Source of the DNA: Candidatus Woesearchaeota archaeon
GTDB lineage: Archaea; Nanobdellota; Nanobdellia; Woesearchaeales; JAGVYU01
Direction of reading: 5' to 3'
Length of the DNA: 58,310 nucleotides
Assembly (NCBI GenBank): GCA_043810355.1
Contig: JBDROB010000070.1
Coordinates: forward strand, 1-58,310
Part shown: positions 37,486 to 47,951 of the stretch, one piece after another
Position numbering within the stretch: the stretch's first letter is position 1
Layout: each line of letters starts with the position of its first letter
The notes under the pieces: model-generated
What the model saw: only the letters and a program-made list of their open reading frames with translations
Told to the model about the DNA's origin: nothing
Databases searched by the model: none
Translations under genes and position numbers: made by a program

Positions 37486-38430
37486 ATGGAGATTAAAGTT
37501 GGCAGACAGATGCTTTTCAATATAATCATAGCAGTGATTCTTGTAGGGTTCATCACTTTTTCACTGCTGTATATAAATTCTATGAAGAAAGATTTTGAAT
37601 CAAGAAATCAGGATCTTCAAAATGAGATAACAGTGACAAGATCTGTATTAAGCGACATCATGATAAACCTGACAACTGAGGTTGTTGAGCAAAAGATTTT
37701 GTTCAACTCAATGATGTCATCATTGCAGGAAGAGGACAAGAAAAATCTGGACACATTAAAAGAGCTTATTGACAATCTTGAGCAGCAAAGCAACCTTCAA
37801 TTGTCAGAGCTAAAGGATGACATAACAAACATACAAGTCAGCAGTGCTGACTTCACTGCAATCATTCCTGATGTGATTGGCTCAATTGTAAGTGTTCTGA
37901 CTAATGTCGGGCAGGGATCTGGAGCATTCATAAGAGATGGAGGGTTTATTGTCACAAATTACCATGTAATCAAGGATGCATCAAATGTCAGGGTCTACAC
38001 ATATAATGAGAAGACATATAATGCAATAGTTGTTGGAGCTGAGGTTTCTAGTGACATTGCAGTCCTGAAGATAGACAAGGATTTTGACCATCTTGATTTT
38101 GGAGATTCAGATGACCTTCAGGCTGGACAGAAAGTGATAGCTTTGGGAAACCCAAGTGGGCTTGATTTTACTGTCACAGAAGGGATTATAAGCTCGCCTT
38201 CAAGGGATATTGGCGGGCAGACATTCATCCAGATAGATGTTCCTATAAATCCAGGCAATTCAGGAGGGCCTTTAGTCAATCTGCATAAAGAGATTGTAGG
38301 AATCAATAATTTCAAGATCGGAGGCGGATTTGAGTCATTAGGGTTTGCAATACCCTCAAATAAGGTTGATGAAGTGGTTGATGAGATAATCCGCAGGTAT
38401 GAGGATTTATTGGCATCTCAAGTGACATGA
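37486..38430 (+). CDS. Membrane-anchored HtrA-like trypsin serine protease (coiled-coil stalk, no PDZ)
   Basis: N-terminal TM, coiled coil, GSG, VTNYHV (His), DIAVLK (Asp), INPGNSGGP (Ser). Confidence 0.9.
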   Translation: MEIKVGRQMLFNIIIAVILVGFITFSLLYINSMKKDFESRNQDLQNEITVTRSVLSDIMINLTTEVVEQKILFNSMMSSLQEEDKKNLDTLKELIDNLEQQSNLQLSELKDDITNIQVSSADFTAIIPDVIGSIVSVLTNVGQGSGAFIRDGGFIVTNYHVIKDASNVRVYTYNEKTYNAIVVGAEVSSDIAVLKIDKDFDHLDFGDSDDLQAGQKVIALGNPSGLDFTVTEGIISSPSRDIGGQTFIQIDVPINPGNSGGPLVNLHKEIVGINNFKIGGGFESLGFAIPSNKVDEVVDEIIRRYEDLLASQVT

Positions 38431-38551
38431 GTTTTTGGCTTCACAATGAATATAATAAATATCAGTGTTTGTTACCACCAATTAGTTACTACAAAACCAA
38501 AAGATTTATATACTTAAAAATATCCTGAATTCATATAGAGAGGTATTAAAA

Positions 38552-39019
38552 ATGGCAGAAACAGCAACACAATATAGAGATAGACAAGAAAGGGTAGGAG
38601 AAAATGTAGTAAAATTTGTACCTACATTTGTACCTACAAGTAAAGCAGAAGTTTCAGGAGAGGGAGTTTTCTCTGAAAATATACATAGATATGTTTCTAT
38701 TGAAAATGATCCAGATTATAATAGTGGAGTTCCATTCAATTACAGAGCTGGCTCATTTATGGCAATGGTATCTGCATTGATGAATGGATGCAAACCAATA
38801 GGGAATCAGAGATATCTAAGCAGTGATAGAATTGCTCTTGAAGATTTGGAAATAGACAGGCATCAAGTGGCATTTGGTAAGAGTGAGGCTTATAGGGCAG
38901 TATTGCCTGAAAATGTTGACAGAAGCATTGAAACACTTGATAAGATTGCAAGAGCATATGGAATAAGACTTCAATCACATATTGGAACAAATCCATATGA
39001 ACGTGGATCACAAGAATAA
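38552..39019 (+). CDS. Hypothetical protein
   Basis: 155-aa ORF, GAGGT SD and TTTATA upstream; no motif recognised. Confidence 0.65.
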   Translation: MAETATQYRDRQERVGENVVKFVPTFVPTSKAEVSGEGVFSENIHRYVSIENDPDYNSGVPFNYRAGSFMAMVSALMNGCKPIGNQRYLSSDRIALEDLEIDRHQVAFGKSEAYRAVLPENVDRSIETLDKIARAYGIRLQSHIGTNPYERGSQE

Positions 39020-39038
39020 TATTTCTTATTTTTTTAAT

Positions 39039-39197
39039 ATGTCAGAAATATACCACTGGCCTGCATGGCCAGTGGACAATAGTCCGCAATCCATTTTTGG
39101 AAGATGGTATATTTCTGAGCATGCTCAAAGCCGGCAGGGTGAGCGAAGCGAATATGCCGCCAGCCTATTGACTGGTGATCCCTGCCGACTTTGACAT
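39039..39197 (+). repeat. 159-bp structured dispersed repeat, copy 2
   Basis: Same length and ends as copy 1; 19 nt after the upstream stop. Confidence 0.95.
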
Positions 39198-39241
39198 TTT
39201 ATTGAATAAATTTTATTAAGTCAAATATTCTGTAATCCATA

Positions 39242-39787
39242 TCATCTGACAATAATAGCTCCAGCAAATTCTTCCCTTTCATCAGGATCTTCAAAAAATT
39301 GATCCAATACAATAAAATCACCTTCATGATCATAGGTGTGGCTGAAATTGTCTGAATAGAGAAGACTTCTGCTATTGAACACAGTCCTTTTCCCTTCATC
39401 ATTGATGTCAAAACCAAGGACTACATGGAATGGCTGTTTTAGATCATAACTGACCCATACAACAGTGTCGCCTTTGCTTATCTCTAATTCAGAGGGATCA
39501 AACCCATGCTTTAATATATTAATCTTATGAGTGACAGAATCAAGTACAATAATATCATCTGACTGGCTTTCTTCTGATTGATTTTCTATTGGTTGATCAT
39601 TACTTTCTACATCATTGCCTAATATAATATTGTCTGATCCTGTCATATTATCATCATTCAATTCAATTATCAATGATGTAGGAGTCCCTGCAGAATCTTG
39701 AGATTGTTGTGTTGAACAAGATGAGATCAGAAATATTGAAATGAGTGCTACTAAAGTGATAATACTTAATTTAACCCCCATAATCAT
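39242..39787 (-). CDS. Lipoprotein with cupredoxin-like domain
   Basis: Lipobox-like LISSC; acidic linker; GFDPSELEISKGDTVVW...H...FSHTY plastocyanin-like pattern. Confidence 0.7.
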   Translation of the reverse strand: MIMGVKLSIITLVALISIFLISSCSTQQSQDSAGTPTSLIIELNDDNMTGSDNIILGNDVESNDQPIENQSEESQSDDIIVLDSVTHKINILKHGFDPSELEISKGDTVVWVSYDLKQPFHVVLGFDINDEGKRTVFNSRSLLYSDNFSHTYDHEGDFIVLDQFFEDPDEREEFAGAIIVR

Positions 39788-39851
39788 AACTTATATTTTT
39801 TAATATATAAAAATTTAGGTTCTTGGAGAGATAATAATAACATGGTAAGGA

Positions 39852-39867
39852 TTTTAGGACAGAGCCT
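39852..39867 (+). promoter_or_regulatory. 16-bp motif TTTTAGGACAGAGCCT upstream of TATA-like box (copy 2)
   Basis: Exact match to 35058-35073; TTTAAA at 39882, ATG at 39912. Confidence 0.45.
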
Positions 39868-39911
39868 CACTTAGCGATAAGTTTAAATATTTTCAATCTA
39901 ATAATATACAA

Positions 39912-40301
39912 ATGCATGTCTTAAAAAGAGTATATATCCAATTCTTTGCTTTTCTAGTATTATTGATAGTTTTTGTTGCATTTAAAGGTTCTGTGACAGG
40001 TAATGTAGTGTTAGAAGTAGGAGACAAGACAATAAACCTATTCAACACAATTGTCGGAGCCTTGACCATGGTTTTAGTAGTAATGGTGCTTGTTCTAGCA
40101 TATAGACCAGTATATCAGAATAATATTAATGGAGAAATAAGAAGACACAAGATACATGAGGCAGTTGATATACAGGATTTGCAGAACTTTATCTCGACAG
40201 CAAAAGGAAAAGGGTATTCTAATGAAGAAATCATTGATGGCCTTAAGGATCACAACTGGGGAGAAGACCTGATAGAAAGGGCATTTATGAGGATTGAGTG
40301 A
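39912..40301 (+). CDS. Hypothetical membrane protein
   Basis: Two TM segments with a VTGNVV motif; C-terminal LQNFI....KGYSNEEI...L....W helical module. Confidence 0.7.
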   Translation: MHVLKRVYIQFFAFLVLLIVFVAFKGSVTGNVVLEVGDKTINLFNTIVGALTMVLVVMVLVLAYRPVYQNNINGEIRRHKIHEAVDIQDLQNFISTAKGKGYSNEEIIDGLKDHNWGEDLIERAFMRIE

Positions 40302-41115
40302 TCTGTGATTTTGGTCTATTTTCTGCATGTTTTTCTTTTTTGTATATGTAAAATAAGAAGATTAAGCCGCAAATGAACATCACAACATTAATTATCTGGC
40401 CTAAAGTAAGGCCAAGCCAAAGATAACCAATCTGAGGGTCAGGGGACCTTACAAATTCGATGAAAAACCTCAAAGTTGAGTACATAATGACAAATAATCC
40501 AAATATAGTGCCTTTTGGAACTTTCTTATCCTTGACATTCCAAAGGACAATGAAGATAAAAAGGTTTTTTAAAGATTCATAAAGTTGTGAAGGGTGCCTG
40601 TAAACCAATTCTCCAATTGAATTTGTCTCATTGTTGAAATTCACACCCCATGGCAGGTTTGTGACAGTGCCTATTAATTCTGCATTTAGGAAATTGGCAA
40701 GCCTGCCGAATACCAATGCAAGTGCAGATGGGATTACAGACATGTCAGCAATATCAAGAGGATTGATCTTCTTGATCTTTGACATGATATAACCTACAAT
40801 TATCCCACCCAAAAGACCACCATGAAAACTTAAACCACCTTCCCAGATGTAAAATACCTTGATAGGATTTGAGAAATAATATGGGAAATTATACACCAGG
40901 CAATAAAAAATCCTTGATATAATAAGTGCACCAATAATAGAATAAATGATCAAGTCAGTCAGATCCTCTTTATCAACATCAGGAATCCTTTTCTTGGCAA
41001 GATACAACATGATAAAATATATGAGAATCACTCCAATGACTATAAACAGGCCATAATACCTGATCTGAAAAGGTCCAAGGTTTAATAGTATAGGATCAAT
41101 ATTGTTGATAAACAT
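40285..41115 (-). CDS. lgt: Prolipoprotein diacylglyceryl transferase
   Basis: IDPI...GPFQIRYYG, WEGGLSFHGG, GRLANFLNAE, RHPSQLYES, RFFIEFVR.PD, TLGQ. Confidence 0.93.
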   Translation of the reverse strand: MFINNIDPILLNLGPFQIRYYGLFIVIGVILIYFIMLYLAKKRIPDVDKEDLTDLIIYSIIGALIISRIFYCLVYNFPYYFSNPIKVFYIWEGGLSFHGGLLGGIIVGYIMSKIKKINPLDIADMSVIPSALALVFGRLANFLNAELIGTVTNLPWGVNFNNETNSIGELVYRHPSQLYESLKNLFIFIVLWNVKDKKVPKGTIFGLFVIMYSTLRFFIEFVRSPDPQIGYLWLGLTLGQIINVVMFICGLIFLFYIYKKEKHAENRPKSQITQSS

Positions 41116-41116
41116 C

Positions 41117-41929
41117 TTATTTTTCTCTCACTAATGTGTAAAAATATAATCTATTGAAGATAATTATGAAAAACATGAAAACAAATGTCAGGAAAATAAA
41201 AACTGTCTGATAAGCAATATATATGCTTCCAAACTGATTGTTCTTGAAAATAACAATATTCAGCAAAAAAGTGACAGCAAAAAAGAAAACTGAATAAATC
41301 AAGATAAATATGATATCTATCAAATACAGGAAAGAATAACCTAAAATCTTTTTGCCGAGCAAGGAAAATCCTTTCTTAAGAACACTTGAGACCTTAATGT
41401 TTTTTTCAGAATCAAATAATAAAATCTGAGCCATATTCAGATAAGGATAAAAGAAATAAAGGAATGGGAACAGGATGATTATGCCAAAAAAACCAATGAG
41501 ATTTGTCTGGACATATGAAAAAGCAAACCATTGGACAATAAAATAGAAAATAATTGATAAGACAATGATTATTGAGTTCAAGAAATAGAATCTCTTCAGC
41601 AGATTGAAATCAAATTTCTTTTTTTCATAATAAGACCTGAGGATATGGAGAACAATATACTTGGTGAATGAGTAAAATAAAAGGATCATAAGAGCATATA
41701 TGATTATTACTATGGAAGAAATCCAAAGAATGAACTTTACCTGAATCATATTAGATATGATCTCATTGAATGGAAGGAAAATATTCCATATAAAGTTAAA
41801 ACCTGCCCAAAGCAGGAAGAAAAGTATATCAAATGCTATTATCAGCAATATCATCAGATGGTGCTTTCTAAATTTTTTTAAAGTTTCAAGAGTCCTATCG
41901 ATACTTTTCAGTTTTATTCTTATCCCCAT
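41117..41929 (-). CDS. Hypothetical multi-pass membrane protein
   Basis: About six TM segments; stop 1 nt before the lgt start. Confidence 0.7.
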   Translation of the reverse strand: MGIRIKLKSIDRTLETLKKFRKHHLMILLIIAFDILFFLLWAGFNFIWNIFLPFNEIISNMIQVKFILWISSIVIIIYALMILLFYSFTKYIVLHILRSYYEKKKFDFNLLKRFYFLNSIIIVLSIIFYFIVQWFAFSYVQTNLIGFFGIIILFPFLYFFYPYLNMAQILLFDSEKNIKVSSVLKKGFSLLGKKILGYSFLYLIDIIFILIYSVFFFAVTFLLNIVIFKNNQFGSIYIAYQTVFIFLTFVFMFFIIIFNRLYFYTLVREK

Positions 41930-42055
41930 TCTGAATTATAAATATTATGATTTGAATTAGTATTTGTTTGTTTTGTATATAAATATGTCGGAATTGAGAA
42001 AGTAATTATGTTTTGAAATATATTATTTGATTTTTATACTAAATATTGTCTTATT

Positions 42056-42103
42056 TTTTTAGGAATTCGATATGGATGTATTTTGAATCGAATTCTGAAT
42101 TGA
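42056..42103. repeat. Intergenic palindrome GAATTCGA-N17-TCGAATTC (copy 2 of 2)
   Basis: Arms at 42063-42070 and 42088-42095; flank tttttag shared with the 5693 copy. Confidence 0.55.
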
Positions 42104-42129
42104 TTAGAATTTTGATTGATTATTTTTGA

Positions 42130-43329
42130 TCAGTTCATGTTCTTGATTATCTCATCGCCGAATTCAGAGCATTTCAACAGAGTTGCTCCTTCCATCTGTC
42201 TTTCTAAGTCGTATGTGACAGTCTTGTTCTGGAAGGATTTTTCCATCCCTCTTATTATCAATTCAGCTGCTTCATCCCATCCCATGAGCTCAAGCATCAT
42301 AACACCTGAAAGGATTATTGAACTTGGATTCACCTTGTCCATTCCCTTGTATTTAGGAGCAGTACCATGAGTTGCTTCAAAGATTGCAATACCATCTCCA
42401 ACATTTGCTCCTGGAGCAATCCCTAAGCCACCGACTTGAGCCGCCATTGCATCAGACAGATAATCACCATTAAGGTTCATTGTAGCAATTACAGAATATT
42501 CTTTTGGCCTTAGAAGAGCTTGCTGAAACATAGAGTCAGCAATCCTGTCATTGACTAATATCTTGTCTTTTGGGATGTCTCCTTTTAAGTCATTTTCAAA
42601 AACAATCTTACCTTTGTATTCTTTTTTTAGTAATTCAAATCCCCAATCCTTGAAAGCGCCTTCTGTAAACTTCATGATATTTCCCTTGTGAACCAAAGTA
42701 AGGACTTTTTTGTCTTTTGCAATAGTGTATTCAATTGCAGCTTTCACAAGGCGTTTTGATCCAAATGGAGATATTGGCTTGATGCCTATTCCTGAATCAT
42801 CCCTGATATTCTTTCCTTTTGACTGAATCAGATTGATGATATCTATCGCATCATCTGAACCTGAAGGGTATTCAATACCAGCATAGACATCCTCTGTATT
42901 CTCCCTGAAAACAACAAAATCAACATCTTCTGGACGCTTTACTGGAGAAGGAATGCCTTTGAAATAACGTACTGGCCTTATGCACGAGTATAGGTCAAAC
43001 ATCTGCCTAAGAGTAACATTTAAAGATCTGAAACCTCCTCCAATAGGTGTAGTGAGAGGCCCTTTCAATGCAATCTTAAGATCTTTGATCTTATCAAGAG
43101 ATTCTTCTGGAAGCAATTCCATGCCTAGAGCTTGAGCTTTTTCACCGACAATAATCTCTGTCCATGTGATGCTTCTTTTTCCAGAATATGCTTTGTTGAT
43201 TGCAGCATCAATCACTTTAAGAGCAACAGGAGTTATGTCTGAACCTATACCATCTCCTTCAATATAGCCAATCTCTACATTATCTGGAATAATCCATTTC
43301 TTATCCTGAAAATCTATTTTTTCTGGCAT
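42130..43329 (-). CDS. icd: NADP-dependent isocitrate dehydrogenase (E. coli-type)
   Basis: [67 protein letters not shown]; start MPEK at 43329. Confidence 0.95.
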   Translation of the reverse strand: MPEKIDFQDKKWIIPDNVEIGYIEGDGIGSDITPVALKVIDAAINKAYSGKRSITWTEIIVGEKAQALGMELLPEESLDKIKDLKIALKGPLTTPIGGGFRSLNVTLRQMFDLYSCIRPVRYFKGIPSPVKRPEDVDFVVFRENTEDVYAGIEYPSGSDDAIDIINLIQSKGKNIRDDSGIGIKPISPFGSKRLVKAAIEYTIAKDKKVLTLVHKGNIMKFTEGAFKDWGFELLKKEYKGKIVFENDLKGDIPKDKILVNDRIADSMFQQALLRPKEYSVIATMNLNGDYLSDAMAAQVGGLGIAPGANVGDGIAIFEATHGTAPKYKGMDKVNPSSIILSGVMMLELMGWDEAAELIIRGMEKSFQNKTVTYDLERQMEGATLLKCSEFGDEIIKNMN

Positions 43330-43394
43330 AATTAGGATGTAAATAAAAAAAGATATATAAAGATATTCCCTTTTATGATACAAAATTAAGGAAA

Positions 43395-44435
43395 ATGGCA
43401 AAACAAGAAAAAAACCTGCATGAATCAAAATATTATAAAAAGGATTTCAAGGGGAAGAAAGGTATTGTGCAGTGTGAGCTTTGCCCTTATTATTGTGTTA
43501 TTCCAGAAGGTGGAATCGGGAACTGCCATGCCAGGAAAAATATTGAAGGAAAACTTTATTCTTTAGTCTATGGAAAATCTGTTGCTGCATCAGTTGATCC
43601 GATTGAGAAAAAGCCATTGTTCCATTTTCTGCCAAGCACAGGAGTCTATAGTGTCGGGACAATCGGATGCAATCTTCACTGTTTGCATTGTCAGAACTAT
43701 AATACATCACAGGCACTAAAAGGTACATATGAAGAAGTTGAAATGAGTCCAGAGAAAATTGTTGAGCAAGCTTTGGCAAATGATTGTGCAAGTATAGCAG
43801 CAACTTATAATGAACCAACAATATTTTTTGAATATATGCTTGACATATTCAAGTTAGCCAAGAAAAGAGGGCTGAAGACAGTGATGGTCACAAACGGCTA
43901 CATGAACAAAGAGCCTGCACAAGAATTAGCACCTTATCTTGATGGATTAAATATTGACTTAAAAGCATTCAATGAGAAATTCTATAAAGAGATAAGTGGA
44001 GGAGCAAAATTGCAGCCAGTACTTGATAGGATAAAGTTTTGGCATGGCAAGAAGAAATGGGTTGAGATCACAACCTTGATCATCCCAACATTGAATGACG
44101 ATCTAGAGGAGATTGAGAAGATGTGCAGATGGATCATTGAAAATGTTGGAGATGAAGTGCCACTGCATTTCACTGCATTCTATCCAACCTATAAGTTAAT
44201 GGATAAAAAGCCAACTTCTGAAAAGATATTGGTAAAAGCATATGAGATTGCGAAAAAAACTGGATTAAAATATGTCTATGTAGGCAATATCTATGCAGGA
44301 GACAAAGAACACACTTTCTGCCCAAAATGTGGAGAGGTTGTTGTGAAAAGGGTCGCTTATAATATCATGGAGATTAATATCAAAAAAGGCAAATGCTCTT
44401 TTTGCAAAAAAACCATACCTGGAGTCTGGAATTAG
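43395..44435 (+). CDS. AmmeMemoRadiSam-type radical SAM enzyme
   Basis: N-terminal CELCP..C.......[48 protein letters not shown]. Confidence 0.88.
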   Translation: MAKQEKNLHESKYYKKDFKGKKGIVQCELCPYYCVIPEGGIGNCHARKNIEGKLYSLVYGKSVAASVDPIEKKPLFHFLPSTGVYSVGTIGCNLHCLHCQNYNTSQALKGTYEEVEMSPEKIVEQALANDCASIAATYNEPTIFFEYMLDIFKLAKKRGLKTVMVTNGYMNKEPAQELAPYLDGLNIDLKAFNEKFYKEISGGAKLQPVLDRIKFWHGKKKWVEITTLIIPTLNDDLEEIEKMCRWIIENVGDEVPLHFTAFYPTYKLMDKKPTSEKILVKAYEIAKKTGLKYVYVGNIYAGDKEHTFCPKCGEVVVKRVAYNIMEINIKKGKCSFCKKTIPGVWN

Positions 44436-44478
44436 ACAAAATTTAAAAATTAGCCTGATTTCTCTGATAAACACAAAA

Positions 44479-46743
44479 ATGTTTTTAGACAACAATTATC
44501 TTAGGCAATTTTATGAAAATTATTCTGATAAAAATCGAGAGGTGAAAGAAAGGCTTAAAAAGCCTCTCACTCTGTCAGAAAAAATCATTTTCTCCCATAT
44601 AAGAAATATCCCTGAAAACATTGAAAAAGGCAGGACAGAAGTATCATTAAAGGTTGATAGGGTAGCAATGCAGGATGCAACAGCACAGATGGCAATATTG
44701 CAGTTCATGCTGACAGGAAGAGAGAAAGTTGCAGTACCTACAACAATCCATTGCGATCATCTGATCCAGGCACATAAAGGATCTTCACAAGACCTTAATA
44801 CAGCAATCAAGGAGAATCAGGAAGTCTATGATTTCCTGAAGAGCGCCTCTAATAAATATGACATCGGGTTCTGGAATCCTGGATCTGGCATAATCCACCA
44901 GGTAGTATTCGAGAACTATGCCATACCTGGCGCATTGATGATAGGAACAGATTCACACACTCCAAATGCAGGAGGACTATGCATGATAGCCATCGGTGTT
45001 GGCGGAGCTGATGCTGTCGATGCAATGGCTGGCGAGAACTGGAACATTTCAATGCCAAAAATCATAGGAATAAAACTCACTGGAAAACTTGATGGCTGGA
45101 CTGCTCCAAAAGATATAATACTAAAAGTCGCTGAACTCTTGACTGTAAAAGGAGGGACTGGCTATATCCTTGAATATTTTGGCGAAGGTATCAGCTCTAT
45201 ATCTGCAACTGGAAGAGGAACCATAACAAATATGGGTGCTGAGATCGGCGCAACAACATCTGTATTTCCTTTTGACAAAAAGACAGCTGAATACCTGAGA
45301 TCAACATATAGGGCAGATGTCTCTGATTTTTCAGATAAGATCAAGCAAGACCTTCAGTCTGACAAAGAGGTTCTTGAAGATCCTGAGAAATATTTTGACA
45401 AGGTCATTGAGATAAATCTATCAGAGCTAAAACCGATGATAAATGGCCCACACTCTCCTGATTTTGCTCATCAATTGGCAGATATAGGGGAAAATGCAAA
45501 GAAAAATGAATGGCCTGTAAGATTGTCATATGCATTGATCGGAAGCTGCACAAATTCTTCCTATGAAGATATGCAGAGAGCTGTATCAATCGCAAGACAG
45601 GCTGCTGAAAAAGGTGCAAGAGTAAAATGCGGTTTTATGATAACTCCAGGCTCTGAGCAGATCTACAGGACTATAGAAAGGGATGGTCTCCTTGAAGTGT
45701 TTGAAAATATAGGAGGAATTGTCCTTGCAAATGCCTGCGGCCCATGCATAGGCCAATGGAAAAGAGATGATATCAAGTTAGGGGACAAGAATTCCATAAT
45801 ATCTTCATACAACAGGAATTTCAAAAAAAGGAATGATGCAAATCCTGAAACTCATGCATTTGTCGCAAGCCCAGAGATTGTGACAGCATATGCTTTGGCA
45901 GGGGGACTTGATTTCAATCCTCTGACAGATTTTCTAGAGACTCAATCTGGAGAAAGATTCAGGCTTAAACCACCATCAGCCATTGGCTTGCCATTAAAAG
46001 GTTTTGTCTTTGACACTACTGGCTATGATAAACCAACTGGCTCTGGGAATGTCATAATAAATCCTGATAGTGAAAGGCTCGCCTTTCTCAATCCATTTGG
46101 ACCTTGGAACAAAGAAAAGGATTTCAAGGATTTGTTTGTCCTAGTAAAGGCAAAAGGAAAATGCACAACTGATCATGTCAGCCCTGCAGGAAAATGGCTG
46201 AAATATAGAGGCCATCTTGACAAGATATCTGATAATCTTTACAGCGGGGCAGTCAATGCATTCACAGATGAAGTAGGGAATGGAAAAAATATCATGACAG
46301 ATGAGCAAGGGATTGAATTCAGCAGGATCTCAAGGCATTATCATAATAATGGCAGGGGATGGATTGCAGTAGGTGATTCAAATTATGGAGAAGGATCCAG
46401 CAGAGAGCATGCTGCGATGGAGCCTAGACATCTTGGGTGCAGGGCGATAATTGCAAAGAGTTTTGCACGGATTGCTGAGACCAATCTCAAGAAACAAGGA
46501 ATATTGCCCTTATGGTTTGAGAATGAAAGTGATTATGATAAAATCAAAGAGCATGACCTGATTACAATACCTGATGTTGATATTAAATGCGGAAATCCAG
46601 TAAAGATTCAGATAAAACATTCTGACGGCTCTCAAGAAGAGATAATGGCAAAACATACATATTCTGAAGAGCAGATCAAATGGTTTAATGCTGGGTCAGC
46701 ATTGGATGAGATAAGGAATAGAAATGAAGAGATTGAAAATTAG
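44479..46743 (+). CDS. Aconitate hydratase (mitochondrial/Bacteroidota-like subtype)
   Basis: DRVAMQDATAQMA, HCDHLI, GTDSHT, GSCTNSSYED, ANACGPCIGQW, KCTTDH, NYGEGSSREHA. Confidence 0.93.
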   Translation: MFLDNNYLRQFYENYSDKNREVKERLKKPLTLSEKIIFSHIRNIPENIEKGRTEVSLKVDRVAMQDATAQMAILQFMLTGREKVAVPTTIHCDHLIQAHKGSSQDLNTAIKENQEVYDFLKSASNKYDIGFWNPGSGIIHQVVFENYAIPGALMIGTDSHTPNAGGLCMIAIGVGGADAVDAMAGENWNISMPKIIGIKLTGKLDGWTAPKDIILKVAELLTVKGGTGYILEYFGEGISSISATGRGTITNMGAEIGATTSVFPFDKKTAEYLRSTYRADVSDFSDKIKQDLQSDKEVLEDPEKYFDKVIEINLSELKPMINGPHSPDFAHQLADIGENAKKNEWPVRLSYALIGSCTNSSYEDMQRAVSIARQAAEKGARVKCGFMITPGSEQIYRTIERDGLLEVFENIGGIVLANACGPCIGQWKRDDIKLGDKNSIISSYNRNFKKRNDANPETHAFVASPEIVTAYALAGGLDFNPLTDFLETQSGERFRLKPPSAIGLPLKGFVFDTTGYDKPTGSGNVIINPDSERLAFLNPFGPWNKEKDFKDLFVLVKAKGKCTTDHVSPAGKWLKYRGHLDKISDNLYSGAVNAFTDEVGNGKNIMTDEQGIEFSRISRHYHNNGRGWIAVGDSNYGEGSSREHAAMEPRHLGCRAIIAKSFARIAETNLKKQGILPLWFENESDYDKIKEHDLITIPDVDIKCGNPVKIQIKHSDGSQEEIMAKHTYSEEQIKWFNAGSALDEIRNRNEEIEN

Positions 46744-47312
46744 AAACCCTTTTTCTTCTGTAAATATCTTATCAATTCAGCAGAAATGAATGGCTTGTCC
46801 TTCAGTAGGACATATCTGAAAGGGAAGATTATTGATTCTCCTTTTTTCAGGCTGATTTCAATCTTGTCCTGAAATGGAATATCTTTTAGATATTTCCCTC
46901 CTTTGATGAGTTTTGCGACTAAAACTGCATTGTCTGTCGAGAACTGTCTTTTCCCAAGGTTTCTCTTCTCACATTTCATAAAAGTTGATAATTTTCTTGT
47001 CCTCTTTTTCCTGGGAAAGTCACCAAGGATACCGCCAAAAATCAAATATTTGAATCTCTTGCAGTCATTTGTTGTCAATGTTCTTTTGGCTGATTGATCA
47101 AGGAGAATAGTATCTTTAAGATTAAGATCAGATTGAACAGAGGAAATGCTTTTATTGAACACTTTGCCATAATCTGATAATCTTTTAGTGTCAGATCTTT
47201 TGATATTTGTGAAAATCAGATTATTTTTACCTATAATCTTCGAGATATGCATATATTCAATAATACACCACTTGAATAACTTTGGTTCCATGTGTTCAAT
47301 TATGAATTTCAT
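46740..47312 (-). CDS. Sfm1-like SPOUT methyltransferase
   Basis: FIIEHME...W...EY, FGGILGDFPR.KRT, RNLGKRQFSTDNA, FPFRY. Confidence 0.8.
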   Translation of the reverse strand: MKFIIEHMEPKLFKWCIIEYMHISKIIGKNNLIFTNIKRSDTKRLSDYGKVFNKSISSVQSDLNLKDTILLDQSAKRTLTTNDCKRFKYLIFGGILGDFPRKKRTRKLSTFMKCEKRNLGKRQFSTDNAVLVAKLIKGGKYLKDIPFQDKIEISLKKGESIIFPFRYVLLKDKPFISAELIRYLQKKKGF

Positions 47313-47315
47313 TTT

Positions 47316-47933
47316 TTAGAATGCATAATAAGATGAGTTCTTAAATGCCAAGTAGGCTAAAAATGCAAATATAGCGAGAAGGATCAAACCGCTGATGACC
47401 TGATATTTTCTTAACATTGGATAATAATTCTGAGCATTTGACTTGTTCAATATTCCAAATAGGAACAATGAAGCAATAAATCCTATAATATAAAGAGCGC
47501 TTAGGAATATCCCAAAATAAATTTGGGAAGCTGTGCTCATAAGGGCAATGACTCCAATAAAATTGAAGATTGAGAATGCAAGGATAAATATTGAATCCAA
47601 TAATCCAATGAAGATGATGTGTATATCATGGAATAAAATCTCTGGAAAGTTAAGGTTTATTTTAAAAACTCCTAAGAGCAATGAGGCTGATAAGAGTGTC
47701 ATAATAGCCAGAAAAATGTATAAGACTGCTGTGATCCTGTATGCCAAGAAATCAATTATAGAATAGATAATGCCTCCGAAAATTATAGCAGTGATAAGCA
47801 ATCCAAAAGAATATCCAATAAAATTGAAAAAGCTTTTACCTGATTTCTTGATTATATCAGGCATAATAGGATAGCTTTTTCCAAAAAAGCTCAAAAAGCC
47901 AAGGATAAATGCAGCAATCAGTTGGATATACAT
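47316..47933 (-). CDS. CcdA/DsbD-like membrane protein lacking cysteines
   Basis: AFILGFLSFF...PIMP resembles CcdA AFxxGxLSFxSPCxLP; about six TM; no Cys in the sequence. Confidence 0.45.
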   Translation of the reverse strand: MYIQLIAAFILGFLSFFGKSYPIMPDIIKKSGKSFFNFIGYSFGLLITAIIFGGIIYSIIDFLAYRITAVLYIFLAIMTLLSASLLLGVFKINLNFPEILFHDIHIIFIGLLDSIFILAFSIFNFIGVIALMSTASQIYFGIFLSALYIIGFIASLFLFGILNKSNAQNYYPMLRKYQVISGLILLAIFAFLAYLAFKNSSYYAF

Positions 47934-47951
47934 TTTAAGAATGGGAAAAAA

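Noticed and set aside
42130-43428. Hydrophobic N-terminal extension on IDH
   Set aside because: Artefact of longest-ORF calling; it overlaps the divergent gene and promoter, and ATG 43329 fits better.
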